From: Octopus sinensis
Lineage: Eukaryota
NCBI RefSeq assembly: GCF_006345805.1
Contig: NC_042998.1
Location: 138,012,001 to 138,076,000 of the forward strand
Length of the DNA stretch: 64,000 bases
Reading direction: 5' to 3'
Made by a program: the position numbers and the translations under genes. Positions within the stretch are counted from its first letter, which is position 1; each line of letters opens with the position of its first letter. The notes below the pieces were generated by a model. The model was not told the origin of the DNA. It saw only the letters and a program-made list of their open reading frames with translations, and did no database searches. Of this stretch, positions 1-13,550 are shown in pieces.

Positions 1-50
1 ATTTTGTTTATCAGTTTAACTAGATCCAGTGTGTGTGCACGTGTCCTGAG

Positions 51-1290
<1,240 letters not shown>

Positions 1291-1320
1291 CATAGTCGTA
1301 TTTACACGTGTGTAAGTATA

Positions 1321-1539
1321 CAGTAATCCCTCGCCATATCGCGGTTCACCTATCGCGGTTTATTATTTAAGCTTAGGTCGATTCCTTCGTGGTGTTGTTT
1401 TGCACTTATGATAAAATGAATAAATACAAATGATAAAAAATATTAAAAAAATATACAGTACTGTACTATTTCTACGGATTTTCACCTTTCGCAGGGGGTG
1501 GGTTTGAACGTAACACCCGCGATAGCAGAGGGATTACTG
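1321..1539. mobile_element. Tigger/pogo-like MITE, 219 bp
   Basis: TIRs cagtaatccctcgccatatcgcgg / cccgcgatagcagagggattactg, with TA on both sides (1319-20 and 1540-41). Confidence 0.85.
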
Positions 1540-2071
1540 TAAATCAATGCCTCAGATATACAGTTGTACGTATGTATGCATGTAAGCTCGTCCTCCTAGC
1601 GTTCAGAAGAATTTTTCTATCGTCTTGATTTAATAGCCCTCAACGTTTGTTCTTACTCTTTTGTTCTCGCTGTTCTGTTCTTGTTACCACTTTCACCCTC
1701 CGCAAAAAATCTCAAATTTTATTTAATTTGCTTTCCGGAAAGAATTGTTTCATCGAAGTCGCGTCTTGTCCTTACCTTTCCAACGCGGAGTAGATGAAAC
1801 TGGGACAACTCATACATATTCACACACGCGTACAAATGAATCTATATACACGTCTATACAAAATTGCTAACGGTTAGTTAGGAGAGACACAAATAAGAAA
1901 GAAGAAAACAAAAGATCACTGATGCGGTCACCGGAGTGTGATGAAAGAACTCTGGCCGAAATAAGATTAAGATTAATGTAAAAAATAAATAACACTGAAG
2001 CAAAGTAATACCAAATATATAGTGCGTGTGTTTTTATTGGCTAAACTGGCAAAATGACCATTCCGAAATAT

Positions 2072-2108
<37 letters not shown>

Positions 2109-2183
2109 ACACACACACTCACACACACACACACAACACTTCACACACACACACACACACACTCACACACACACACACACACT

Positions 2184-2214
<31 letters not shown>

Positions 2215-2267
2215 GAATATATATATATATATCTGTAAAATAATATGTTACAATTATTCAATAGTCA

Positions 2268-2330
2268 AGATAAAACTCCGAGTTTCGGATGCCGAAGTCG
2301 AAATCCACAACACCATCTCTTCGGTTATCT
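2268..2330 (-). ncRNA. Decayed hammerhead motif (U4C, GUU triplet, helix II slip)
   Basis: Minus strand: agataa-CCGAAGA-gatg...catcc-GAAA-ctcgga-GUU-ttatct. Helix I is 6 bp and helix III is the near-palindrome actcggagt. Confidence 0.55.
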
Positions 2331-2578
2331 GGCCATCTGAAAAACGCTATGAAAAAATACTTTTATATAAAGGGAAATTACTGTGTTATAATTCCGCTAC
2401 TTATATAAAATAAGATTAAAAGTTCATAGTAAGCACGTAAACATGGCTACTCATACGCTCACATGCGCGCTCGCGGACCCACGTGCGTACTTATACGTCA
2501 CTAAGAAAACGTACGCATCTTCACTCACATTTTTCGCCAAAAGTACACGCATATATATACAAACTCATACACACACAC

Positions 2579-3308
2579 ACGCGTACCGTAAAAGTTCATA
2601 CATACGTCTATATACGCACAAGCACAAGAAAAAACATGGTTAAAGGTAATAATACAGAAAAAAAACAATACAGAAAAAAACATAAGGAAGTATATAAAGC
2701 CTAAAAACCACGTTCATATACGGACATGCCCTTATACACTCATACACACACACGCCCATATATGTACATACCCGCACATGTTTATATACGCATACACACA
2801 CAGGCATACAAAAAAACAGATTATACATATGCCCCCCAAAAAACCCGAAAAAATTGTAAAAATACTAAGTAAAAACGTCTATATATATGTATTCTTATGC
2901 CCGCACACACGCACACATCTATATACATACACACCCGCCCACTCATACATATTCACACACGTGTACAAATGAATCTATATACACGTCTATATAGACACAG
3001 GAAAAAATGCAGGATGGAAGAGTACAGAAAAAATTATTATGTGTGAAAATATATGAATAATCTTTTTTTTGTGTATGCGTGTGTGTGTATGCGTATATAA
3101 ACATGTGCGGGTATGTACATTTATGGGCGTGTGTGCGTATGAGTGCATAAGGGCATGTCCGTATATGAACGTGGTTTTTACGCTTTGTATACTTCCTTAT
3201 GTTTTTTTCTGTATTGTTGTTTTTTTCTGTATTGTTACCTTTAACCATGTTTTTTTTCTTGTGCTTGTGCGTATATAGACATATGTATGAAACTTTTACG
3301 GTACGCGT
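2579..3308. repeat. Inverted duplication, arms about 240 bp (2579-2816 / 3064-3308)
   Basis: gcgtaccgtaaaagttcata...cataca vs tgtatg...acttttacggtacgc are reverse complements with few substitutions. Confidence 0.9.
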
Positions 3309-3354
3309 GTATGTGTGGTGTACTTATAATGATTTATATAATATATATATATAT

Positions 3355-3708
3355 ATCCAAACAGGGACACAACGGTTTACAGTGAAAAGCAACTTCACAT
3401 GTGCTTCGGAGAGAACTATATACTCACTAACCTGCTCGGGTGTCAAGAGCAGTACATAGGCCAAACAAAAAATGGTTTGCGTAAACGAATGGCCCTGCAC
3501 AGATCCCAGATAAAAATTCCCCAAACAGAAAAATAGCTTTTAGCCAACACATAGATACTTGCGCCAACAAAAAAAACACCAAACTTCAGAATTTTTCCCC
3601 CTCTACCAATTTAGGGACGATACAACCTCGAGACAACGAATAAGTAAAGAAAATCTCTTTATTACAAAATACAAGCCACTTCTTAACGGGTCTACGACAA
3701 ACAATTAA
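3355..3708 (+). mobile_element. Penelope-like retroelement, GIY-YIG endonuclease fragment (frameshifted)
   Basis: Across frames: QRFTVKSNFTCASERTIYSLTCSG / QEQYIGQTKNGLRKRMALHRSQIKIPQ / FSQHIDTCANKK / NFRIFPLYQ...RISKENLFITKYKPLLN*. This is the IY...YIGQT...R...H...KE..FI.K.KP.LN pattern of PLE endonucleases. Confidence 0.85.
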
Positions 3709-4189
3709 TATACCTCAACTTTAGAATAAAAAGAATATATACACACAAAATATTACACTCCATAGAATCCATTACTAATCAGCCCCATCATAGCTATACT
3801 TACACCCTTTCATATTCTCCCTTCTCTGTTTTTTCTTCTCCTTCTTCTTCCACTTCTTCTTCATCATCATCATTATCATCATCATCGTCGTCATCATCAT
3901 CACCACATCATCACCACCATCTTCTCCTTCTCCTTCTTCTTCTTCTTCTTCTTCTTCTTCTTCTCTCATCATCATCATCATCGTCGTCATAATCATCCCA
4001 CCATCACCATCATCGTCATCTTCTCCTTCTCCTTCTTCTTCTTCTTCTTCTTCTTCATCATCATCATCATCAAATCGTCTTTTCTTCTTCTTCTTTCTTT
4101 TCTTCTTCTTCTTCTTCTTCTTCTTCTTCTCTCTTCTTCTTCTTTATTCTTCTACTTCTCCACCCCCCCTACCCCTTAACTTTGTCACT

Positions 4190-4600
4190 AATGTTTTTTA
4201 GTATAACACTACCGCGCTAATTCTATAAACAAGCCTGTCAATATAAATATTCTCCTGAATTGACTGAGACTGCCAGCCGCCACTGACCATTCAAAATACG
4301 ACCATCAGGGCACTCCCAGATTCTCCCACCCCCTTCCTCACCAGCCTTCTTCCTCTACTACCCTACCAAGAACTCACAACGACCTCCAACACACAAGTGC
4401 AAACAAGGGAGTCAGAGAAAGCAGAATGTCACTTAAATCTGAACACTACTATAGAAAAATATTCTTTAAAAAAAATTTTCTTCTAATTCTTTACTAATTT
4501 AATTATTAATCGTTACAGTTGAAAAGGTCTCAAAATGACCGAAACCGGTACTGAAATGTTCACTATAAAATTATTAGCATTTTCTATTTTTGACTTGTTT
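4190..4600 (+). mobile_element. Probable PLE 3' UTR / pseudo-LTR containing the 4511 hammerhead
   Basis: Follows the GIY-YIG fragment after a microsatellite block, contains a C-rich tract and an HHR, and ends at (TA)n. Confidence 0.5.
4511..4558 (+). ncRNA. Minimal type I hammerhead ribozyme with a U3-A8 core variant
   Basis: cgttacag-UUGAAAA-ggtc-tcaaaat-gacc-GAAA-ccg-GUA-ctgaaatg. Helix III is the palindrome accggt. Located about 800 nt 3' of a PLE GIY-YIG fragment on the same strand. Confidence 0.7.
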
Positions 4601-4746
4601 TTTCATATATATATATATATTATATATATATATATATAATATAGATTATAATATATATATATATATATATCTATATCTAATATATATATATATATATATG
4701 ATTATTATATATATTATATATATGAGAATATACATAATTATTATTG

Positions 4747-4902
4747 TTCTTTTATTTGTTTCAGCCATTTGACTGTGGCCATGCTGGAACACTCCTTTAG
4801 TCGAGCAAATCGACTTCACGACTTATTCTTTGTAAGCCTAGTACTTATTCTATCGGTCTCTTTTGCCGAACTGCTAAGTTACGGGGACATAAACACACCA
4901 GT
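4747..4902 (-). mobile_element. 3' half of the microsatellite-containing SINE
   Basis: gtttcagccatttgactgtggccatgctggaacac...aaacacaccag. Confidence 0.85.
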
Positions 4903-5188
4903 AACCCCCTTCGTTATTATGTGTGGGGCGTAGTTGAGCGAGAGCCCAACAAAACTCTTGTAACACCAAAAATGAACTGAAGGCAAGGATTATGGTAGCA
5001 TTCACCAATTTAAACTAGGAGACCGCCCAGAAGAGTTTCGGGAGATTCCGAAGTCGTCTGCAGGCTGTGATTGAAGCGAATGGCGATTCTATTGAATAAA
5101 TTTAGTTTTTAGTATTTCAAGATATTTTTATGTAATTTTGGTAAAATAAGATGTCAATATTATTTTCATTTTTGCCTAATTCAAACGA

Positions 5189-5190
<2 letters not shown>
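4903..5190 (+). mobile_element. Tc1/mariner-superfamily transposase C-terminal remnant
   Basis: NPLRYYVWGVVEREPNKT / CNTKNELKARIMVAFTNLN*ETAQKSFGRFRSRLQAVIEANGDSIE*, matching the SPDxNPLDYxVW and AVIEANG motifs. Confidence 0.8.
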
Positions 5191-5230
<40 letters not shown>

Positions 5231-5412
5231 TATATACATGTTGAACCGTAAAGCCTTACACAATTTTTCTTTCACCGTTTATTTTCCTCATAATCCTTTC
5301 TGTCGAAGAGCGTAGGCTTGAAATGAAAAAAGACTTTCATTCTTCCCGAGCGTTCAACTAATACACCTGTTTGTTGTTCTTTCACCTGTCTTCGTCTTCT
5401 GTAAATTTGAAC

Positions 5413-5481
<69 letters not shown>

Positions 5482-6084
5482 TGTGTGTGTGTGTCGTATA
5501 AACCAGATATTAGATAACATTATAGTCAAGTAACAGCACGTGCTCTTCAGAGATGGCAGGTACGTATTTTCTTTTTTATTAATATACACACTCTGCTGGC
5601 AAATATGCAAGAACATTATTTTTCTGAGTTATGGATTCTGAGACGACTATATATGTATTAATTGCTGGTAGGGACAACGTAGTTCGTTATGCAACCATAA
5701 TATGCTACCAAATTTACCAAAGGCTTATGAGTCAATATTGGTTCTATCTGTGTTAGCAGCGCGAATTAATCAACTTTTTTTTAATAGAAATTTGAGCCAA
5801 CACTAAAAGTTACGACGTTTCGTATACCAATATGTCAACGTAAGTAGCGCAATCGAAGATAGAAAAATAGATAATGTGTGTATATGTATATTTCAGGAGT
5901 TCTTGCCCCTTCAACAGTGCATATCTCACCCATTAACCATCCACGAATACATTGCTTAATTAGCCACTTAATTTAGTGGTGTAAAACAATTGGATATACC
6001 AATTTTACATAGTAAACACATTCCTGGTAACTTGTACGAAATATTAATTGTTCATTGGGCACTGTATTTCGTTATATTTTATTT

Positions 6085-6396
6085 TTTATATTTATGCGCC
6101 CTTTTCAAGCATAGCCAGGCTCATGGGCCCGGTTTCCCGGTTTCTATGGCGTATGTGTTCCCCTCAGCTGGGCGGGACGCCAGTCCATCGCAGCGTTAGT
6201 CAAGAAACAGGAAGAAAGAGTGAGAGAAAGTTGAGGCGAAAGAGTATAACAGGGGCCGCCGACCCATGCCGGAGCCTCTTGGAGCTTTTAGGTGTTTTCG
6301 CTCAATAAACACACACAACGCCCGGTCTGGGAATCGAAACCGCGATCCTCCGACCGCGAGTCTGCTGCCTTAACCACTGGGCCATTGCGCCTCCAC
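6085..6396 (-). mobile_element. tRNA-derived SINE (head ggcgcaatggcccagtggtt), tail type 1
   Basis: A box tggcccagtggttaagg, B box gtttcgattccc; tail gcgatggactggcgtccc...aagggcgcataaa. Confidence 0.85.
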
Positions 6397-6888
6397 ATTT
6401 CGTTATGTAACAACCATAATATACTATTGAGTAACTTTCAGTGCTGGCTCTAAATCCTATGGAAAATTTGTAGAGATAACAAAAAAATGATTGAATCATA
6501 CTGCTAACACAAGTAGGATTCTGAACTGACTTAGCCTTTAATATACTTGGAAGTATATTATGGTTGCATAACGAAACGCGGTGTCCCTATCAGTAATTGA
6601 TATTTTCGTAAAAGTTGCCAGGATTGTGTTTGATAAGTAATATTGGTATATCCAAAATTACAATAAATTTAGTGGTTATTTAAGTAATGTGTTCGCGGAT
6701 GATTAATGGGTTGGACGCAGTGCTGAAGAAGGAGCAATAACTTTCGAAATATGCATATATACCCATAACCTATTTTTCTATCATCGTTCGCATTGTATAC
6801 ATAGACGTATTCGTGAGCGAAACGTCGTAACTTGCAGTGTTGGCTCTAATTTTTATAGGAAATTTGTAGAGATAACTTTAAAAAGTGA

Positions 6889-6941
<53 letters not shown>

Positions 6942-6986
6942 ACACACACACACTCTCTCTCTCACTCTCTCTCGGTGCACTGTCAC

Positions 6987-7126
6987 GTATTGGGATTGAT
7001 ACGTCAATTAGAAGGCATTTTCCTTGATGATCTGTGGCAACTATATCCGGTCTCTCTACCTGTGTGTATTGATATATCTCAGAGTAAGGTTGCTTTGTCA
7101 TTTTCTGAGACCTTTTCTGGGATATT
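6987..7126 (-). mobile_element. R4/Dong-like RLE non-LTR retrotransposon fragment
   Basis: PEKVSENDKATLL*DISIHTGRE / RPDIVATDHQGKCLLIDVSIP matches the RPD...IDVxxP restriction-like endonuclease motif. Confidence 0.75.
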
Positions 7127-7141
7127 AATAATATGATCCCG

Positions 7142-7456
7142 GTACTTACTTCTTAAAGACTAGAACTTATTCTATCGGTTTCTTTCGCCGAATAGCTAAC
7201 TGGTGGGGACGTAAACACACCAGCACCGGTTGCCAAGCGGTGGTCGTGGTGGAGACACACACAGACACACAGAAATACATATATATATATTTAAATATAT
7301 ATATACGATGGGCTTCTTTCAGTTTCCATCTACCAAATCCACTCACAAGGCTTTGGTTGACCCGTGGCTATAGTAGAAGACACTTGCCAAAGGTTTCACG
7401 CAGGAGACTGAACCAGAACATGTGGTTGGGAAGCAAGTATCTTACCACACAGCCAT
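7142..7456 (-). mobile_element. Microsatellite-containing SINE (same family as 30665-31067)
   Basis: Head, central TA/CA run and right half are present; 3' truncated. Confidence 0.85.
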
Positions 7457-7506
<50 letters not shown>

Positions 7507-8139
7507 TGTGATGTGTGTGTGTGTGTGTATGCATTTATGTGTGTGTATGCATGCCTGCGTGTGTATATGTGTGTGGTGTATGTGTGTGTGCATGCATTTA
7601 TGTATTAGTTGAAAAGGTTAAAGACCTTTCAACCTGTTTAAAGTTTTCGATTTAGAAGTCAGAAAATATAATTCGTTACTTGCCTGTTTCTTTATCTGTA
7701 AACGCTTAGAAATCTTTTTCTGGAGAGCATTGAAAATTTAAATCTGAACATTGCAATTGAAGCGCAACAATTTTGTAGTTTAAATTTATGAATCTATTTG
7801 TGTTTTTTTTATTATTATTCTTTATCATGATTGAAAGAGTAATTTTGGTAGATATATGAAATAGTAGCTATCATATGATAACTTCACAAATATTGACTTT
7901 GAAAATGACCTGCTCATTGAAAAATTTATTAGCAGTTTCATACGTCATCTAGTTTAAGCACAATCTAGACGGTTGTTTGTTCAATGTTAAATTTTTCCGC
8001 CTTGTATATATAACCAGTTACTTTAGCTGTGTACCAAGTCTAGTAGTTTACATAACCAACCCAAGTTGTACGTGCAATAAATCTAATGGTGTCTATAGTC
8101 GTAAATGAGAATAGTTCATAACCAGTTTCAGGGGAACTT

Positions 8140-8335
8140 CTATAAGGTCAGTCGGCCTGTTAGAAATAACAACGAAATCTCCCTAAATCACGCCTTACTG
8201 TCTTATAAAAGTCCAAGATACATTATGCCTAAAAAGAACGGATGGCCATTCTTTTTTTTATGCCTAAAAAGAACGGTTGGAATGATTTTGATCATTACTC
8301 TACACGATCAGGGGTGACCTGGAGTTAAAGACCAC
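8140..8335 (+). repeat. Dispersed repeat (related copy at about 9440-9610), each followed by a trinucleotide microsatellite
   Basis: Shared gttagaaataacaacNaaatctcc...ggatgg...gacctgNNgttaaa. Confidence 0.55.
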
Positions 8336-8404
8336 CACAACCACCACCACCACCACCAGCACTAGCGACACCAGCACTAGCGTCACCAGCACTAGCACCG
8401 GTAT

Positions 8405-8442
<38 letters not shown>

Positions 8443-8650
8443 CCACCACCACCACCACCACCACCACCATCACCATCACCACCATCACCACCACTGCTAC
8501 CACCGCCACCACCTGAACCAGCAGCAGCAGTAGCACAAGCAGCAGCAGTAGCACAAGCAGCAGCAGTAGCACCAGCAACAGCAGCAGCACCAGCAACAAC
8601 AGCAGCACCATCACCACCACCACCAACAACAACAACAACAACAACAACAA
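8335..8650. repeat. Compound (CAC)/(CAG)/(CAA) trinucleotide microsatellite
   Basis: Seen directly. Similar blocks at 3800-4150, 9640-9900 and 56995-57480. Confidence 0.95.
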
Positions 8651-10339
8651 CCGCTACACAACAGCAACAGCCTGTTCCAGGTTTCGCAAAACACATAAAA
8701 ATAACAACGCTGTTGTCATAATAGAGAATTACCTATAAATTTAAAGACGTCCATAACTTTCTAAAGTTACGGAAGAAATTAATGGAGAAACATTCCTCCA
8801 ATATCTCCAAACTTCATTTTACAGAATTTAAATCACAGATCAGCAGCCATTGACTAAAAAGTTTGGTTTCTACCAATTTGTGGTACCTTTTCGTGAAAAA
8901 AATGTAAGACTGCGTTGTATCTCGGTGGGGTCATTACGCCAATAATAAACACTCTCCGTGGTTCCAATTCACTTCTTTATCATTCATTGATTGGTTAATT
9001 ATTTAACCATCTAACTAATCGATTGTTTGATTAATCTTTCAATTGATCACTCGACCAGTCATATTTGTCGGAGTTCTTTCTTTGCCATTCGTGATCTCCC
9101 CGATGATATGCCCTCTTTCCTCCAGGATAGCTTCAGATCCGTTAGTTGGTTAGGTAGTTAATCAGTTAACGAGTAAAGTAAATCAACGAATCAGTGCGTG
9201 TGTTTTTATTAGCATACTGATCCTCCCAAGATACAAAAAAATCTTTCAGCATACGAGCTTAAATCAAGAATCTTGCAAACCAAATAGAAAAACGAAATGG
9301 AAGACTAGTTTTCTATTATCTTCATGCAATTAAGTGTTCAAAATAGATGCTGGAACCAATCCCACCCACCCGTCAGCCATGCAGTTTATTCGACATTATA
9401 TCATTGAGCTAATGAGGGAGAGAGAACCTGTCCGTGTTCTTTCACATGTTAGGAATAACAACCAAATCTCCTTCAAGCCGCATCGTATTGCCTGAAACGA
9501 ACGATACATTTGATAATGTAGCCCTATATCTCATAAAAGGGCAGGATGGTTGCAGTTGGAACCCCTTTGGTTATAAGTGCATTCAGTCAGCCATAACCTG
9601 AGGTTAAATATCATCACAAAATCAACGTCGTTATGGTGGTGGTCCTCCTCCTCTTTATCATCATCATCACCATCGTTATAGCCGTCGTCGTCATCGTTAT
9701 CATCATCACCAGCACCGTCGTCATCGTCATCATCATCATCGTCGTCGTCGTCATCGTTATAGTCGTCGTCGTCGTCGTCATCGTTATAGTCGTCGTCGTC
9801 GTCGTCATCAGCACCGTCGTCATCGTCATCAGCATCAACGTCATCGTCATCATCATCATCGCCGTTGTCGTAGGCGGCTGCATCGTCATCATCATCTCAC
9901 TGATGTAGCTTGTATTTAATGCCAAATTTCCAACTCCCAAAAGACCAAGACGCAAGTAAACCAAAAAAACCATAAAAACAACAAAAAACAACAACAAAAA
10001 AACAACAAAATTTCATTCACCTATTGTGTGCGACGAATAATAATTAACTGTATAATAATTAGCCGTAATTATTTAGATGTAAGTAGTGTACCGTGTTCAG
10101 TTAGCTGTGAACAGTTAGGTTAGTTATAACTGGTTGTAACTAGTTAGGTTAACTATAATTATTTTTGACTAATTGTAGTTATGTAATATTTACAACTAAC
10201 TGTGATGTATTTATTACATTTAACGTGTTTAGTTAATTTTTTTATATCACAAATCATCCATCCATTTTCTCCGCCTACTATTCCTTGGAGAGTCGTGGAA
10301 TTAGACTCTCCACGCGCCTCCACCGTAGGGTCCTAATCT

Positions 10340-11395
10340 TATTAGAAGCAAGCGTCATTAGCTGCATTTCGTCTGTCTTTACGTTCTGAGTTCAAATTTT
10401 ACTGAGGTTGACTTTGCTTTTCATCTTTTAGGGGTTAATGAAATAAGTACCAGATGAGTACTGGAGTCAATGTAATCGACTAATATCCACCACCCCTGCA
10501 TTAAAATTTCAGGCCTTGTGCCTTTAGTAGAAAGGATTATTATTATTATCAAGGCAGTGAGTTGGCAGAATCGTTAGCACGCTGAGCAAAATGCTTAACG
10601 GTATTTCGTCCGTCTTCAAGTTCTGAGTTCAAATTCCGTTGAGGTCGACTTTGCTTTTCATCTTTTCGGAGTCAATGAAATAAGTACCAAATGAGTACTG
10701 GAGTGAATGCAATCGATTTACTCCACCCCCTAACATTTCAAGCATTGTGCCTGTTGTAGAATATATAAAATAAGCACCAACTGAGTACTGGAGTCGATGT
10801 AACCAACTACTCCCTTTCTCCAAATTCCAGGCCTTGTGCCTATAGTAGAAAGTATTATTATCGTTATTATTAAGGTGGTGAACTGGTAGAATCGGTAGCA
10901 CGCTGGAAAAAGGGCTTAGCGGCATTTCTTCCACCTTTACGTTCTAAGTTCAAATTCCACCGAGCTCAACTTTGCTTTTCATCTTTTCGGAGTCAATGAA
11001 ATAAGTACCAAATGAGTACTGGAGTGAATGCAATCGATTTACTCCATCCCCTAACATTTCAAGCATTGTGCCTGTTGTAGAAAGGATTATTATTATTATT
11101 ATTATTGAGAGAGAAGCACATGCCATCAAGGTGATGTGCCAAAATTTGAAACCATTACAGCACCTTTACTTCTACAATTTTATCACCTTTAATTGTAGTA
11201 TTAGGCGGAATTGTTAACGCGTCGAACATTTCTGCTGACTCTTTAAGTTTTCTGTTCAAATCCCACCCGTTTTGATTTCGCTTTTCATCTGCTCAGGGGC
11301 GATAAAATAAGTACCAGTTGAGCAACTGAAGTCGATGTACTCGACTTACTCTCTCCCCTAAAATTGCTGGCCTTGTGCCTAACCTCAAATCGTTA
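10340..11395 (+). mobile_element. Tandem cluster of 4-5 copies of a tRNA-derived SINE (ggcggcgagctggcagaatcgttag family)
   Basis: Repeated gagttcaaattcc B box plus gactttgcctttcatc...aagtaccag core and ggccttgtgcct tail, separated by (ATT)n. Confidence 0.85.
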
Positions 11396-11792
11396 TTAGA
11401 AACCTAATATAACATGTAATCGTCTGATATCTTATATATTAGTTTCATCTTGAGAAATTATCAACTATATATAAAACAATTTCTATGTAACACATTCTAT
11501 AGTGTGAAAAAATGTTTTGGAATTTAAATTTGAATAATTCTTATATAATTTTGTTATCTAACGACCTGACCTGTAATTGTGCTAACCTTAACAGGCATTT
11601 TATCAAAATATTCCAGTAATTTATTACTGCATAAATCATGTATAGTAAGTAAACATTAAACAAATTCTTTATAGTCAGGTGATTTTATTTTATTATGAGA
11701 ATCTGTATGGCTATTATAATAATATAGTTTGTGTGCTGCACTAATTGTCATTTTTCTGAATATTTTTAATGCATTTTCATTATGTAGAAAAT

Positions 11793-12045
11793 GAACACGC
11801 GTGGTCTAGTGGTTAAAGTGCTGTACTCTCGATCGCGATTTCGATTTCCGGACCGGACCGGGTGGTACGTTGTGTTCTTGAGTAAAACACTTCACGTTGC
11901 TCCAGTTCACATAGCTGTAAGTGAGTAATACCGAGACAGACTTGTGTCTCGTTCAGCGGGGTGGGTGGATGTTGTGACCTCGGTCACTTATATGTCATGG
12001 AAATCGGGTAGCCGGTTCTTAGGAATCCTAGGATTCAAGACAGTA
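11793..12045 (+). mobile_element. tRNA-derived SINE, decayed
   Basis: gcgtggtctagtggttaaagtg...ttgagtaaaacacttcacgttgctccag. Confidence 0.7.
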
Positions 12046-12575
12046 ATGTTCAGGGTGAATGATGATGGGTATACAAAACCTTTATTCCCATGTGGCGTCA
12101 GAGCAGAGTAATTTAAACTTAATGAGCTTACAAGAATGACATTTTTGCTTGTTTATAACAAAGAGAAACATTTACGTGAAATAGATTAACATATTTATCT
12201 GCCTGAATACCTAAAAAGAATGAGTAAATGTATTTTTCCCTATTCATTTTCTAACTTCATGCTATTTATATTCTGTGAGTGAGTAGTAGCATTAGTGATA
12301 ACTGGTATTACCAGAACATAGGCAAACTAAACAATATTTGTTTTTAGTTTTTAAAGTATTTAAAGCTATTTTTTTTAAAAATTAGGTTAGTCACATACAT
12401 TAATAATGAAGTAAGTGCTGATATACTTAATGTAGTGAGTGTAATGACTTTAAATAATCAAAACTTTTAACGTATGTGGGGCCGGGAGGGAAAAACATAA
12501 AGACAACGATGATGACACATATATACATACACACACACACACACACATGTTTACACACACACACACACACAATGT

Positions 12576-12613
<38 letters not shown>

Positions 12614-12683
12614 GCGCACACGCACGCGCACACGCACGCGCACACGCACGCGCACACGCACACAAACACACACCCCGGTTTCA

Positions 12684-12994
12684 TTCAGTTTCTGTCTACC
12701 AAATCCACTCACAAGGATTTGGTCGGCCCGAGACCATAGCAGAAGACACTCGACGAAGGTGTCACGCAATGGAATTGAAACCATAATCATGTAGTTACAA
12801 AGCAAACCTCTTACTACACAGCCCATATGTACAGGCGTGGTTGTGTGGTAAGAAGGTTGCTTTCCAACCACATTGTTCCGGGTTCAGTCCCACTGCGTGA
12901 CATGCATCTTGGGCAAGTGTCTTCTACTATAGCCTCGGGCCGACCAAAGCCTTGTGAGTAGATTTGGTGGACGAGAACTCAAAGAAGCCCGCCG
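12684..12994. mobile_element. Head-to-head pair of SINE 5' halves (12684-12823 -, 12831-12994 +)
   Basis: Two copies of the ggctgtgtggtaag family in opposite orientation, 7 nt apart. Confidence 0.8.
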
Positions 12995-13025
12995 TATATA
13001 TATATATATATATATAATAATAATA

Positions 13026-13062
<37 letters not shown>

Positions 13063-13248
13063 ACCATACACACACACACACACACACACACACTACTAAG
13101 TTTTTAAAAAATCTGTGATAAGACTGTGCATCATCATTAAGGAACTTTGGAAAACTGTTTACAACCTATATCTGCCTCCAATGGAACTATCTCCAATATT
13201 TCATGAGTATAACCTCACCCACTAAGATGTCTGGAGAACTCATATGTA

Positions 13249-13339
13249 TTTTAGCTGATGAGTACGGGACACTTTTATCTGCTGCAATTTTTGCAACTTG
13301 CAATAAAGCCTGTCTTTGTATGAAACAATTGTACTAAAA
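13249..13339 (+). ncRNA. Type I hammerhead ribozyme, near-intact (G10.1-U11.1 wobble)
   Basis: ttttag-CUGAUGA-gtacgggaca...tgtctttgtat-GAAA-caatt-GUA-ctaaaa. Helix I is 6 bp and helix III is the palindrome acaattgt. Confidence 0.75.
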
Positions 13340-13550
13340 ATAATCCATTCTTGTTGCTTCTTTCTCGTATTATTATAGATATATATATAATAGATTAATC
13401 AGCCGAAATTACTACGATGATCCGGTTCTTGACTGAAGACTGAGGGCTTCGAATGTCCTGTCTGTGTTTGTTGTATCGTCTTCTAAGTGTTATGCGTTCT
13501 TGTCACAGTTTGTATTTTTTTACATATCATAATATATATATATATATATA

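Noticed and set aside
1915-1965. ctgatgc-ggtca...tggcc-gaaa hammerhead-like motif
   Set aside because: A9 is replaced by C, and I could not find helix I or a valid cleavage triplet. At best a remnant.
6300-6396. tRNA-like sequences with A and B boxes (also at 13770-13862, 38560-38656, 51739-51830)
   Set aside because: They continue into SINE bodies and lack a complete cloverleaf, so they are SINE heads rather than tRNA genes.
8300-8696. Poly-Gly/Ala/Val/Leu ORFs, and similar YIYI, THTH, LSIY and poly-His ORFs throughout the track
   Set aside because: They are translations of microsatellites, with no splice context or domain content.
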